Assembly (NCBI GenBank): GCA_945867665.1 | Contig: CAMBIR010000001.1 | Span: 168,578 to 232,577, forward strand | Source: an uncultured Bacillota bacterium | GTDB taxonomy: Bacteria > Bacillota_I > Bacilli_A > RF39 > UBA660 | Reading direction: 5' to 3' | Length of the DNA: 64,000 bases | Shown here: in pieces, positions 52,831 to 62,627 of the stretch | Position numbering within the stretch: the first letter of the stretch is position 1 | Layout of the letters: the number at the start of each line of letters is the position of its first letter | Notes under the pieces: generated by a model | The model's input: the letters and a program-made list of their open reading frames with translations, nothing else | Told to the model about the DNA's origin: nothing | Database searches by the model: none | Made by a program: the position numbers and the translations under genes

Positions 52831-53769
52831 ATGAAACAGACAACAATTACTTTAAAAGTTGGAGAAGAGACAAAGAAAGAAATGATTGATTTTTTTCATG
52901 ATTTAAAAAGAGAAAAGACTCCCCCCTACGCTATTTTTCAAGCAAAAGATGGGGATAGTGTTGTTACTTTGTATGAATCTGGTAAGGCTGTATTTCAAGG
53001 GACAGATGCTGATTTATCTTCAATGTTTTGGATAGAAACAGAAAAAATTCATAGTGGTAAGGCTATTACAACCAATAGTAGTGATGTGGAAAAGAAGAAA
53101 AAAGATGAGAAAAAGATTCTTCCTTTAAGAATTGATAGTATTGGTTCAGATGAAGTGGGAACAGGAGATTACTTTGGACCTATCGTCGTAACGGCGTCTT
53201 ATGTATCACGAGAAAATGTTGATTTTTTACTTGATTTAAAAGTAAAGGATTCGAAAAAGTTAACGGATGCGCAAATTAAGCAAATTGTTCCTGAAATCAT
53301 AAAAAAAATTCCTTATCGTACTTTTATTTTAAAAAATAAAGATTATAATTCTTATCGAAAACAAAATATTAATATGAATCAAATGAAGGCTATTTTGCAT
53401 AATAAGGTATTATATGAAGTTAAAAAGATGGGATATTCTTATCAGTATATTGTTGTTGACCAGTTTGAAGTACCCGCTAGTTATTACAGGCATATTCGTA
53501 ATACTAATCAGCAAGTAAAAGATATTTTCTTTTTGACGAAAGCGGAAGACCAATGTTTATCAGTTGCTTGCTCTTCTTTAATTAGTCGCTATATTTTTTT
53601 AAAAGAGATGGACAAGTTATCAAAAGAGGTTGGTGTTTTGCTACCTAAAGGTGCTGGAGAGATGGTAAATACAGTTGGCGCAGAATTGGTGAAAAAATAT
53701 GGAGAAGAAAGATTAGAAAGTATTGCTAAACTTAATTTTAAAAATACAGAGAAGATTTTAGAAAAATAA
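52831..53769 (+). CDS. rnhC: Ribonuclease HIII
   Basis: TBP-like N-domain (TLYESGKAVFQG), IGSDEVGTGDYFGP, DSKKL, VDQF, LPKGAG. Confidence 0.95.
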   Translation: MKQTTITLKVGEETKKEMIDFFHDLKREKTPPYAIFQAKDGDSVVTLYESGKAVFQGTDADLSSMFWIETEKIHSGKAITTNSSDVEKKKKDEKKILPLRIDSIGSDEVGTGDYFGPIVVTASYVSRENVDFLLDLKVKDSKKLTDAQIKQIVPEIIKKIPYRTFILKNKDYNSYRKQNINMNQMKAILHNKVLYEVKKMGYSYQYIVVDQFEVPASYYRHIRNTNQQVKDIFFLTKAEDQCLSVACSSLISRYIFLKEMDKLSKEVGVLLPKGAGEMVNTVGAELVKKYGEERLESIAKLNFKNTEKILEK

Positions 53770-53770
53770 G

Positions 53771-53800
53771 GTATAAACTTTAAAATACTTACACATATTA
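53771..53800 (+). promoter_or_regulatory. Forespore sigmaG-type promoter of sspI
   Basis: GTATA (53771-75), 18 bp, CATATTA (53794-800); fits the B. subtilis sigmaG consensus. Confidence 0.65.
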
Positions 53801-53814
53801 TTACTGGTGATGAT

Positions 53815-54030
53815 ATGGATAATATTGATGTAAGGAAATATATTATTAATAATTTTAAAGAGGATTCCTTAAAAGATATTGAAGAATCAATTGATAAGTC
53901 GATTGAATCAAGGAGTGAGGATCCTTTAATTGGTCTTGGTGTTTTGTTTGAATTAATGTGGAATTCTTCGGATAATGAAATGAAAAATAGTATTTTATCT
54001 AATATTAAAAAAGGGCTCACGAATGGTTAG
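53815..54030 (+). CDS. sspI: Small acid-soluble spore protein SspI
   Basis: DVRKYIINN...SI....EDPLIGLGVLFELMW, matching SspI (LPGLGVLFExxW). Confidence 0.85.
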   Translation: MDNIDVRKYIINNFKEDSLKDIEESIDKSIESRSEDPLIGLGVLFELMWNSSDNEMKNSILSNIKKGLTNG

Positions 54031-55235
54031 TGGGCTCTTTTTTTTGTTTAATTAATTTTTTGGCAAGAGATTTTTCATATTGATAATTATCTGGAATTAA
54101 ATATTTTAGTTTGATTAATTCTTCTCTAATTTCATGTTTAAAATCTTTATATTCTTTTTCTTCTACATTCATAAAAATAACACTTAAATATTCTAATATA
54201 GTATCCATTTTTTCTTTAATTTGATAATCATCTTGATAAAAGATATATTTTTTATAGTTTGAAACAAATTCCGTGATAGAATTTGTTTCGATTGGCTTGG
54301 TCGTTTCTACTCTTAACAAAAAGGTATTGATATCTTTTTCTGGATACCCTAGTTCAATCATTAGTGAAACACAGTAGATAGAATCTTCAAAACTTAAATC
54401 TTTTAAAAGTTGATTTTCATACTGATTATAGTAAGAAGATAATTCTTTTCTTATTTTTTTGTATTCCTTATCTTTTAAAAGTTGTTGGCGTTGAAGGTTG
54501 GCCCCAATTTAGGACTACATCCTGTTTTACGTCTAGTCGACGTTCCATTTCTTTATTTAAAAATACTTCGATATTTTGAATCATTTTGGGTGTTACATCT
54601 AACTTTTTTAAAGCAATCTTTACTACTTCAATATCTTCTTTCGTATAACTTGTTAATTTATCAAGATAATGTATTTTAATTTGATGATGGTTTTCGATAA
54701 ATTCACTGATATTGATGGCATTTTTTTCTACATAACGATAGATTTCAGCAATTCTTGCTTTTTCTAGTTCTGTTAAATCTTCTCTTTCATCAATATGACA
54801 TACCCCAATTTGATAAATTAACAATTTTGCTTCTTTAGAATTCATTGTTTTAAATGTATGGTTACTTAATCTAGAAGTATCAATAACCATTGCTTCTTTT
54901 TCCAGTAACTTTTTATTTAAGTTATTTTGGATAACTTCAAAAATAACACTGCTTTTTTCTTTTAGATTAAGTGGTGAAGATTCTAAAAGATAAGATAAAT
55001 CCCAATAATCTTTAAATAATTCATTTATTTTGTTAAATTTATTTTCATCAAGAATCTCTAAAAAACTTTCTAAAATATTATGCTTTTCTTCTAAATCATC
55101 TAGTCTTTTATTACTTTTATTGAAATGAGGTTCAAGATTATTATTTAATTTAAAATACTCTTTTTTAAATTCACTTTGACATTGCTCATCACAATGCGAT
55201 AAATAATCTCTAAATTTTAATAAGGCTTTATTCAT
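54017..55235 (-). pseudogene. Orphan gene split by a single frameshift near 54480 (about 400 aa if intact)
   Basis: ORF 54468..55235 ends TTFKR*. The +1 frame is open from about 54500 (QQLLKDKEYKKIRKELSSYY...CVSL) straight into ORF 54017..54361. Confidence 0.6.
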
Positions 55236-55345
55236 TTTTATTCCCCCTTAGGAATACTATTTTACTATGAAACGCCCTGTTTTGTCAAAAAGTTTTTGAC
55301 TTTTGATAAAAGTTAATATAGAATATAGGTGAAGGTGGGATAAAT

Positions 55346-55906
55346 ATGCATAAAAATATTACTATTAGTGAAGAAGAGTATGCTGAGGTGATTAGTCAGC
55401 TAGAAGAGATAAATAAAGAAAAGAGAAAAATTTTAGAAGAAAATAAAGCGGAAATTTTAGCTTTTTATCAAGAGTGTCGCTCTAATGGAGAAAAGTTATC
55501 TAATGATTGGATTATGAATTTAGTCCTTTTATTAACAAGAAAAAATCAAATAATATTTGGAAAAATTAGCTATGAATGTAAAAACTATTCAAGTCAATTT
55601 AGTTCTCCTTTCGTTCGACAGGCCGTTAATCAAGGAATCAATTCTTGGATGAATGATATGAAGGATGAATCCACTAAATTCTTAGAAGATGAAAAAAATT
55701 TCTCTAATTTTAAGAAAAAAATTACACTTTTAAGAAGTGAAATGGCAAGTAACAATGATTTGTTAAAAGAAATTAGTGATATTTTAACAAATGAAGAAAT
55801 TTTACTTCGAAAGAAAAAAATTTATGAGCGATTAATCCCTAAAAAAGATGTAAAACAAAAAAAGAAAAGATTGCCATTTATGAAAAATAATGTTACAATG
55901 AAATAG
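55346..55906 (+). CDS. Orphan coiled-coil hypothetical protein
   Basis: 186 aa; GAAGGTGGGA RBS. Confidence 0.7.
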   Translation: MHKNITISEEEYAEVISQLEEINKEKRKILEENKAEILAFYQECRSNGEKLSNDWIMNLVLLLTRKNQIIFGKISYECKNYSSQFSSPFVRQAVNQGINSWMNDMKDESTKFLEDEKNFSNFKKKITLLRSEMASNNDLLKEISDILTNEEILLRKKKIYERLIPKKDVKQKKKRLPFMKNNVTMK

Positions 55907-55919
55907 TGAATTTTTACTT

Positions 55920-55996
55920 GTCCTCGTAGCTCAGTAGGATAGAGCGATCGCCTCCTAAGCGATAGGCCGTTGGTTCGATTCCAATCGGGGACGCCA
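55920..55996 (+). tRNA. tRNA-Arg(CCT)
   Basis: GTCCTCG/CGGGGAC acceptor stem, GG in D loop, ATCGC-CTCCTAA-GCGAT anticodon arm, TTCGATT T loop, encoded CCA. Confidence 0.96.
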
Positions 55997-56023
55997 GGTG
56001 AAAATTTACTAGTTTATCTAGTT

Positions 56024-56101
56024 AAAACCCTATATCTTTTGACATAGGGTTGTTTTTTTATATATAAAGAAATAAAGTGTCCGTTGGGTGACACTTTATT
56101 T
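56024..56101. terminator. Two terminator hairpins (tRNA and convergent COG0523 gene)
   Basis: AACCCTAT...ATAGGGTT followed by a T run; AATAAAGTGTC...GACACTTTATT. Confidence 0.65.
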
Positions 56102-56104
56102 TCT

Positions 56105-57223
56105 TTACAAATCAATGAATGTATCTAATTTTTGGATTAGAGCTTCTTTATCCATATTTTTACCAATAAAGACGATTTTTATCATTCTATCTTGATATTC
56201 ATCGTCCCAAGATGAGGCGATATCGGGGTTTTCCATTAAAATCATTTGTTGTTCCGCATCTGGCATAGCACATACCCACTTACCGGTTGAAACGATGTTT
56301 TTACTATTTCCAGCACTTTCTACCATATAGGCAGTATCTAATTCATCAGTAAAATAGACAATACCTTTGCTTCTAATGATTGATTTATCCCATAGTTGGT
56401 CTAGGAATTCATAGAACATCTTACGATTGAAAGGTGCTCTTCGGTAATAGACGAAAGTAGAGATACCATACTCTAATACTTCCCCACTCTCTTCTTCCTC
56501 TTTTTCGTTTTCTAAAGCCTCAATCCAACCGGCAGTCATTTTAGATGCTTCTAAGTCAAAGAGATTGGTATTTAAGATTTCTTTCAAATCAACATTAGAA
56601 TAGTTTGTTTCAATGATTTTAGCTTGAGGTTGAATGCTTCTGATAACAGCTTTAATTTCTTTTAATTCGTCTTCGGTTACTTCGTCTTTTTTGTTTAGAA
56701 TAATGATATTACAGAATTCTAATTGTTCGATAATTAACTTTTCAATATCATCCTCTTCTAGGGTATCTTTTTTTAGGCTATCCCCACACTCAAATTCTTC
56801 TTTTAGTCGTATTGCATCGACAACGGTTATAACAGAATCTAAGTAACAAATATCTTTTCCTCCTTTTATCATTTCTGGCATCATGGTGATGGTTTGGGCG
56901 ATTGGAATGGGCTCACATATGCCACTTGCTTCAATAATAATAGAATCAAATTTATCTAATTTTTGAATTTCTAGAATTTGTTCTACTAAATCCATTTTTA
57001 GATTACAACAAATACAACCATTCGTTAGGGGAACTAATGATTCTTCCTTTTTGCCAACGATTCCTCCTTTTTCAATTAAGGTCTCATCAATGTTTACTTC
57101 TCCGATATCATTAACAATAACGGCGATTTTTTTATTTTCTTTATTTGCTAGAATGTGATTAATTAGGGTTGTTTTACCACTTCCTAAGTATCCAGTTAAT
57201 AGGGTGATTGGTATTCTTTTCAT
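56105..57223 (-). CDS. COG0523/CobW family GTPase metallochaperone (Zn)
   Basis: [32 protein letters not shown], CobW_C with RSKG and VFIG. Confidence 0.92.
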   Translation of the reverse strand: MKRIPITLLTGYLGSGKTTLINHILANKENKKIAVIVNDIGEVNIDETLIEKGGIVGKKEESLVPLTNGCICCNLKMDLVEQILEIQKLDKFDSIIIEASGICEPIPIAQTITMMPEMIKGGKDICYLDSVITVVDAIRLKEEFECGDSLKKDTLEEDDIEKLIIEQLEFCNIIILNKKDEVTEDELKEIKAVIRSIQPQAKIIETNYSNVDLKEILNTNLFDLEASKMTAGWIEALENEKEEEESGEVLEYGISTFVYYRRAPFNRKMFYEFLDQLWDKSIIRSKGIVYFTDELDTAYMVESAGNSKNIVSTGKWVCAMPDAEQQMILMENPDIASSWDDEYQDRMIKIVFIGKNMDKEALIQKLDTFIDL

Positions 57224-57298
57224 CTTTATTCCTTCTTTCTTTTCCTTATTTATTATAAGAATATTTCTCTATTACGTCAAGAAAAAAAAGCACTTTGG

Positions 57299-57868
57299 TT
57301 AGTACTCCTTCTTTGTTTTGTATAAAATTACACCACCTAAGGTTATACTTAGTATTGCTAAGATATAAGGTGTTAGGCTTGTAAATGATGAAGTATTTTC
57401 TACTGCTTCTTCCGATGGGTTTACTGTGGAGTTGTTACTTGTGTTGCTTACCCCATTTTTGATTTCTTCTTCGGTTAAGGCAATATTATACATACTCACC
57501 CTCTCATCTTTGCCATTAATTTTAAAAGTAATGGTATCTTTATTCAAGTAATATTTGCTATTTGCTGTTTCTTGATTTAAGGTATAAGTTCCATTTTTTA
57601 AATTACTAATTAAATGTACTCCATTAGCGGTTGTCCATTCGTCGATTACTTTTCCATTTGCGTCTTTGACGACTAGTTTGGAATCGCTGATATAGGCTTT
57701 GGTTTCACTATCTGTTAGGCTTACCGTTGCACTATAGGTTCCTTTTTTTGCGGTAGTAGTTGTTGGTTGCTTCCATTCGGTATCGTTTGCAAATAAATTT
57801 TTCATGACAACGACGATTCCTACCATTACTAAGGCTAGGCCTACATATTTAATGATATTTCTTGGCAT
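57299..57868 (-). CDS. SpaA/prealbumin-fold pilin-like surface protein with C-terminal sorting signal
   Basis: N-terminal hydrophobic segment; KVIDEWTT...ISNLKNGTYTL..ET...Y.LN domain; VENTS, TM, KTKK tail. Confidence 0.7.
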   Translation of the reverse strand: MPRNIIKYVGLALVMVGIVVVMKNLFANDTEWKQPTTTTAKKGTYSATVSLTDSETKAYISDSKLVVKDANGKVIDEWTTANGVHLISNLKNGTYTLNQETANSKYYLNKDTITFKINGKDERVSMYNIALTEEEIKNGVSNTSNNSTVNPSEEAVENTSSFTSLTPYILAILSITLGGVILYKTKKEY

Positions 57869-57927
57869 TATTATCCCCCATTTCTTATGCCATATATGTT
57901 AACATTTTTGTTCTTGTTTGTCAATTC

Positions 57928-59580
57928 TTATTTTTCTAAAGATTGATATCTTTTTTCGATTCTCTCTTTTCCAAGTAATGTCATGATTTCATATAAGTCT
58001 GGAGTTGTTGATTTGGAAGTTAGGGCTACGCGTAGAACAGTAGAGACATCAGCAACAGAGCCTTTATAATTTTCTTTGTTTTCTTTATAGTCTTTCATAT
58101 TGGAAGCATAGCCAAGACTTTCAGATAATTCTTTGATGCCGTTAAACCAAGATTCTTTATCTTTTAAGCAAAAATACTTATCCATATAAGTGCTTGTGAT
58201 AAGATTGATTTCTTCTTTTGAAGTAATTCCAACCCATTCATAAGTTTTTTCATGTTCCTTATATACATCATCATACATATACCAGATATTATCCATGATT
58301 TCATCATATTTTGCAATATCTTTTCGTGGTTTCTTTTGTTCTCGTTCAATATTTAAAATGCCCATATAATAATCTTTATCTCTTTCGATTAAATCTTTTA
58401 ATTCTTTGGAATAAAGACTTGCCCATTTGAAAGACTCTTCCATTAATTCTTCTTTGGTCATTTTGGAAATGATATTTTTAGAGATATTTTTTAATTTATC
58501 TAAATCATACAAAGCACCAGATGAACTCATTTTCTTTGGGCTGTAAGTAAAATCTAGGTAAGTACAAGTAGGGTTTTTTGTATGCCATTCTTCATAGTTA
58601 GAGTTGATAATGGTCATTAGTGACTCAATAATAGCAAGTGTTGGATAACCACATTCTTTGTAGTAAGACATTGCAGCCTCTGGGTCTTTTCTTTTGCTTA
58701 ATTTGCGAGTGATATTTCCTTCTTTTTTAATAATTAATGGGGTATGAATGTATTTTGGTGCTTTAAAACCAAAAGTTTTAAATAGTTCGATATGCTTTGC
58801 TACAGATGGTAACCATTCCTCTCCACGGATAACATGGGTAGTTCCCATTAAGTGGTCATCTACTAAGTGAGCAAAATGATAAGTTGGTAATTTATCGGAT
58901 GACTTCATGATAATGAAATCTTCGTCATTTTCGGATAATTCTAGTTTTCCTTTGACCAAATCATTAAAGATAAACTTTTTATTAAAATCCCCTTCTGATT
59001 TAAAACGAATAACATAAGGAATACCTGATTTTATTTTTTGGGCTTGTTCTTCTAGAGAAAGGTTTCTACATTTTGCATACTTTCCGTAATAGCCTGTTCT
59101 GACTTTATTTTTTTCTTGTTGTTTTTTCCTTTCATCTAATTCTTCTTTGGTACAAAAGCAAGGATAAGCTCTACCTATTTCAATTAAGTATTTAATAAAA
59201 GCATGATAGATTTCTTTTCTTTTTGTTTGGCGATATGGTCCATAAGAACCAATTGTTTTTCCATCTATTTCATATTCATCTGGCATGATGTTATATTCTT
59301 CTAGGGTATCCATTACTAGTTTAATTGCGCCATCAACTTCTCTTTTGGTATCTGTATCTTCGTTTCTTAAATAGAATACACCACCTCTATTTTTGACTAA
59401 AATATAATCAATTAGGGCTTGAAATAAGGTTCCTAGGTGCATATATCCTGTTGGAGATGGTGCTACTCTAGTAACAACTTCTCCTTCTTTTAAATTTCTT
59501 TTCGGGTATTTTTTTTCATAATCTAAAATATTACTACTTACCTTTGGAAATATTAAATTGGCTAAATCTTGATTTGTCAT
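57928..59580 (-). CDS. gltX: Glutamate--tRNA ligase
   Basis: TRVAPSPTGYMHLG, RNEDTD, GPYRQ, AYPCFC, PTYHFAHLVDDHLM, RGEEW, KLSKR. Confidence 0.95.
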   Translation of the reverse strand: MTNQDLANLIFPKVSSNILDYEKKYPKRNLKEGEVVTRVAPSPTGYMHLGTLFQALIDYILVKNRGGVFYLRNEDTDTKREVDGAIKLVMDTLEEYNIMPDEYEIDGKTIGSYGPYRQTKRKEIYHAFIKYLIEIGRAYPCFCTKEELDERKKQQEKNKVRTGYYGKYAKCRNLSLEEQAQKIKSGIPYVIRFKSEGDFNKKFIFNDLVKGKLELSENDEDFIIMKSSDKLPTYHFAHLVDDHLMGTTHVIRGEEWLPSVAKHIELFKTFGFKAPKYIHTPLIIKKEGNITRKLSKRKDPEAAMSYYKECGYPTLAIIESLMTIINSNYEEWHTKNPTCTYLDFTYSPKKMSSSGALYDLDKLKNISKNIISKMTKEELMEESFKWASLYSKELKDLIERDKDYYMGILNIEREQKKPRKDIAKYDEIMDNIWYMYDDVYKEHEKTYEWVGITSKEEINLITSTYMDKYFCLKDKESWFNGIKELSESLGYASNMKDYKENKENYKGSVADVSTVLRVALTSKSTTPDLYEIMTLLGKERIEKRYQSLEK

Positions 59581-59828
59581 TATTTTTCACTTCTTTCTTT
59601 TTGTTATTATAATACTTATTTTTTGGTTTGTCTAACGAAATTCAAATTTAGTTTATTCATTTTCTCATAAAAAAGGATGAAGAAATGAATGCTAGTGGAA
59701 TTGTTAGTAGTTATTATTTTTCTTATAATATATTCCTGAGAGTTATAAGACCTACTTGGCTTCCACTTTTTTAGACATTTTTCTTCATCTAGATATATCA
59801 TAGCATAAATATTGATAAATTACAATTC

Positions 59829-60905
59829 TTAAATAAAATTTATTAATATTTCATTGGATAGATAAAGATATTTTTTAGAGATAAAAAGATGATTGTCATG
59901 AAAAACTAACTTTTTTTCTTGTAATAATTTTTCTACCTCTGGGATAGTAAAAATACTCTCATGGTATTTTTCTTGAAAAGCATTTACGTCTATTCCTTCT
60001 ATTTTTCGAAGACCTAAGATAAATTCGTTAGAGATTTTTATTTTTCTATCTTCCTTGATTTTTTCCTGGATGTATTCTTTTTTTAAGTATTTGCTAAAAT
60101 TTTTGGTATTGCTTATTCTTGTATCATTTAAGTAACTCACTGCTCCTAGGCCAAAGCCATAATAGAAGCCATTATTCCAATAATTTAGGTTATGAATAGA
60201 TGGATAAGAAGGCTTACTATAGTTTGATATTTCATACTGATGATAATGATTTTTTTCTAAGAGTTTATTTATTTTTTTATACATTTGATATTCTTTTTCT
60301 TCATCAATATATTTTTGATTCTTAAGAGAGAGGATGGTATTTTTTTCAATGATTAGAGAATAGCAAGAGATATGAGGAATATCTAGAGTTAGGAAGGTAT
60401 TGATATCTTCTTCTACTTCTTCTAAATTTTCTTTGATGCCATAGATATAGTCGATAGAGATATTGTTGATGCCAACTTTTTTTAGAGATTCTACTTTTTC
60501 TTTTACCATTTTTGTAGTGTGGTGTCTACCTAATATTTTTAGATTTTTCTCTTGAAAGGATTGGACGCCTAGACTAAGACGATTGACACCATATTCTTTT
60601 AATAATTTTATTTTTTCATTGGTTAGGCTTTCAATATTTGATTCGATAGTGAATTCTTTTAATTTTTCTTTTTTGAATATTTTGGTCATTTCTAATAAGT
60701 ACTTTAATTCGTCTTCTCCTAGACTAGTGGGAGTGCCACCACCAATGTAGATAGAAATTACTTCTTCATCTTTATACCTTTCTTTTATCTCTTCGGCTAA
60801 TATTTTTAAGTATTTTTGACAAAACTTTTTGTCATAGAGCATTTTGGGAAAATCACAATAAGTACAGATATGGTTACAGAAAGGGATATGAATATAAATA
60901 TACAT
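59829..60905 (-). CDS. hemW: Radical SAM heme chaperone HemW (HemN-like)
   Basis: YIHIPFCxxxCxYCDF, GGGTPT, RLSLGVQS, YEISN, HNLNYW. Confidence 0.9.
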   Translation of the reverse strand: MYIYIHIPFCNHICTYCDFPKMLYDKKFCQKYLKILAEEIKERYKDEEVISIYIGGGTPTSLGEDELKYLLEMTKIFKKEKLKEFTIESNIESLTNEKIKLLKEYGVNRLSLGVQSFQEKNLKILGRHHTTKMVKEKVESLKKVGINNISIDYIYGIKENLEEVEEDINTFLTLDIPHISCYSLIIEKNTILSLKNQKYIDEEKEYQMYKKINKLLEKNHYHQYEISNYSKPSYPSIHNLNYWNNGFYYGFGLGAVSYLNDTRISNTKNFSKYLKKEYIQEKIKEDRKIKISNEFILGLRKIEGIDVNAFQEKYHESIFTIPEVEKLLQEKKLVFHDNHLFISKKYLYLSNEILINFI

Positions 60906-62533
60906 TAGAATAATCCTTTTATTTTATTGTTATTATCGATATCAATTTGTTCATAATTTGGATTTTTCGATAAGCCTGGCATGGTTACTATTTTTCCTAG
61001 GTAGACAACAACGAACTTGGCTCCTGTATAAATATTTACATCACTTACTACTAATTCATAATCTTTAGGATAGCCTAGTAATTTAGGATTATCGCTGATG
61101 GAATACTGTGTTTTGGCAACACAAATAGGAAAATCTTGATAGCCCATTTCTTCATAAGTTTGTAGTTTTTTTCGAATAGAGTCGCTAATGGAAATAGATG
61201 TGGCGTGATAAATTTTGCGGGATAATACTTCTATTTTTTGATACAGTGACATCTTACTTGGATAAAGAAGGCGAAAATCTTTTTTATTTTTACATAAATT
61301 CATTACTTCTTTTGCTAGCGATATGGCACCTTTTCCTCCTTCTTGATAGGAAGAAAAGTCTGAGAAAGCAAAACCTTTTTCTTGAACCATTTGTTTAATT
61401 AAGCTGATTTCATCTTCTGTATCGGTTGGGTATTGGTTTAGAGCTACGACAATATTTTTGGTAAATTTGCTCATATTTTCAAGATGGGCTTCTAAATTTG
61501 AAAATCCCCTCTTCATTGTCTCTAGAGACTCTTTTTGGATGTTTTCTTTTAAGGCTCCTCCTTGATGTTTTAAGGCTTTCGTGGTGACAACTAGGACGAT
61601 AGCATTTGGTTTTAATTTAGCACTTCTACATTTGATATCAAAAAATTTCTCTGCTCCTAAATCAGAACCAAATCCAGCTTCTGTGATAACGTAGTCCGAT
61701 AATTTTAAGGCTAAATTGGTGGCGATGACGCTATTACAGCCATGAGCGATATTAGCAAATGGTCCTCCATGAATGATAACGGGGTTATTCTCTAGGCTTT
61801 GAACTAAATTTGGTTTAATGGCATCTTTTAAAAGTGTAGCTAGTGCTCCAGTTAAGTTTAAATCTTTCGCATAGATTGGTTCTTTAGAAGTATTAAAAGC
61901 AATTAAAATACTTCCCAGTCTTTCTTTTAGATCGTTAAAGTCATTAGCCAGACAAAGAATACTCATGATTTCACTAGCGGCGGTGATGTTGAAGGATTCT
62001 TCTCTATTTTCTAATTGAATATGGCGAAGGGCTCTATCATTCATATCTAGGCAACGATGAAAACAAATTTTATCTTTATCTATTTTTAATTGATTTCCAA
62101 AATAAATATGGTTGTCGATAGCGGCACTGATTAAATTATTGGCACTAGTAATGGCATGAAAGTCTCCAGTGAAATGAAGATTGATATCTTCCATTGGAAT
62201 TACTTGGGCATAGCCTCCACCGGTTGCCCCTCCTTTTACGCCAAAAACTGGTCCTAAAGATGGTTCTCTTAAGACTGCTAGAGAATTTTGGCCTAACTTT
62301 CTTAAGCCATCATTTAGACCAATGCTAACAGTTGTTTTTCCTTCTCCATAAGGGGTTGGAGAAATTGCTGTTACTAAAATTAGTTTTCCTTTAGGCTCTT
62401 TTTCTACTTTCGAAAAATCAATCTTCGCTTTATCCTCTCCATAGACAATTAAATCTTTTTCTATTCCTAACTTTTTAGCTACTTCTGTAATTTTCTCTTT
62501 TTTTGCTTCTTTTGCAATTTCAATATCTGTCAT
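60905..62533 (-). CDS. fhs: Formate--tetrahydrofolate ligase
   Basis: PTPYGEGKTT, LREPSLGP, KGGATGGGYAQ, HGGPFANIAHGC, TEAGFG, KTQYS, MPGL. Confidence 0.97.
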   Translation of the reverse strand: MTDIEIAKEAKKEKITEVAKKLGIEKDLIVYGEDKAKIDFSKVEKEPKGKLILVTAISPTPYGEGKTTVSIGLNDGLRKLGQNSLAVLREPSLGPVFGVKGGATGGGYAQVIPMEDINLHFTGDFHAITSANNLISAAIDNHIYFGNQLKIDKDKICFHRCLDMNDRALRHIQLENREESFNITAASEIMSILCLANDFNDLKERLGSILIAFNTSKEPIYAKDLNLTGALATLLKDAIKPNLVQSLENNPVIIHGGPFANIAHGCNSVIATNLALKLSDYVITEAGFGSDLGAEKFFDIKCRSAKLKPNAIVLVVTTKALKHQGGALKENIQKESLETMKRGFSNLEAHLENMSKFTKNIVVALNQYPTDTEDEISLIKQMVQEKGFAFSDFSSYQEGGKGAISLAKEVMNLCKNKKDFRLLYPSKMSLYQKIEVLSRKIYHATSISISDSIRKKLQTYEEMGYQDFPICVAKTQYSISDNPKLLGYPKDYELVVSDVNIYTGAKFVVVYLGKIVTMPGLSKNPNYEQIDIDNNNKIKGLF

Positions 62534-62627
62534 CTTCCCACTTCCTTAAGTCTTATTATAATATAGTTTATTCTATTTTACAACTGATTTTCCTTGTGCT
62601 ATAATTAAGAAAATAAAGGTGGGTAGA

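Noticed and set aside
54460-54490. Programmed -1 ribosomal frameshift
   Set aside because: Joining the ORFs needs a +1 shift, and there is no in-frame X-XXY-YYZ heptamer or obvious downstream structure.
57224-57298. Zur box upstream of the COG0523 GTPase
   Set aside because: Only a half-site-like CGTAAT is present, with no inverted partner; the region is explained by a TTGACG-17-TATAAT promoter.
59581-59640. T-box leaders for gltX and alaS
   Set aside because: The gltX promoter lies about 25 nt from the start and alaS is internal to an operon; no T-box motif with terminator is present.
59616-59801. 61-aa minus-strand ORF
   Set aside because: No RBS, overlaps the gltX promoter, no recognisable features.
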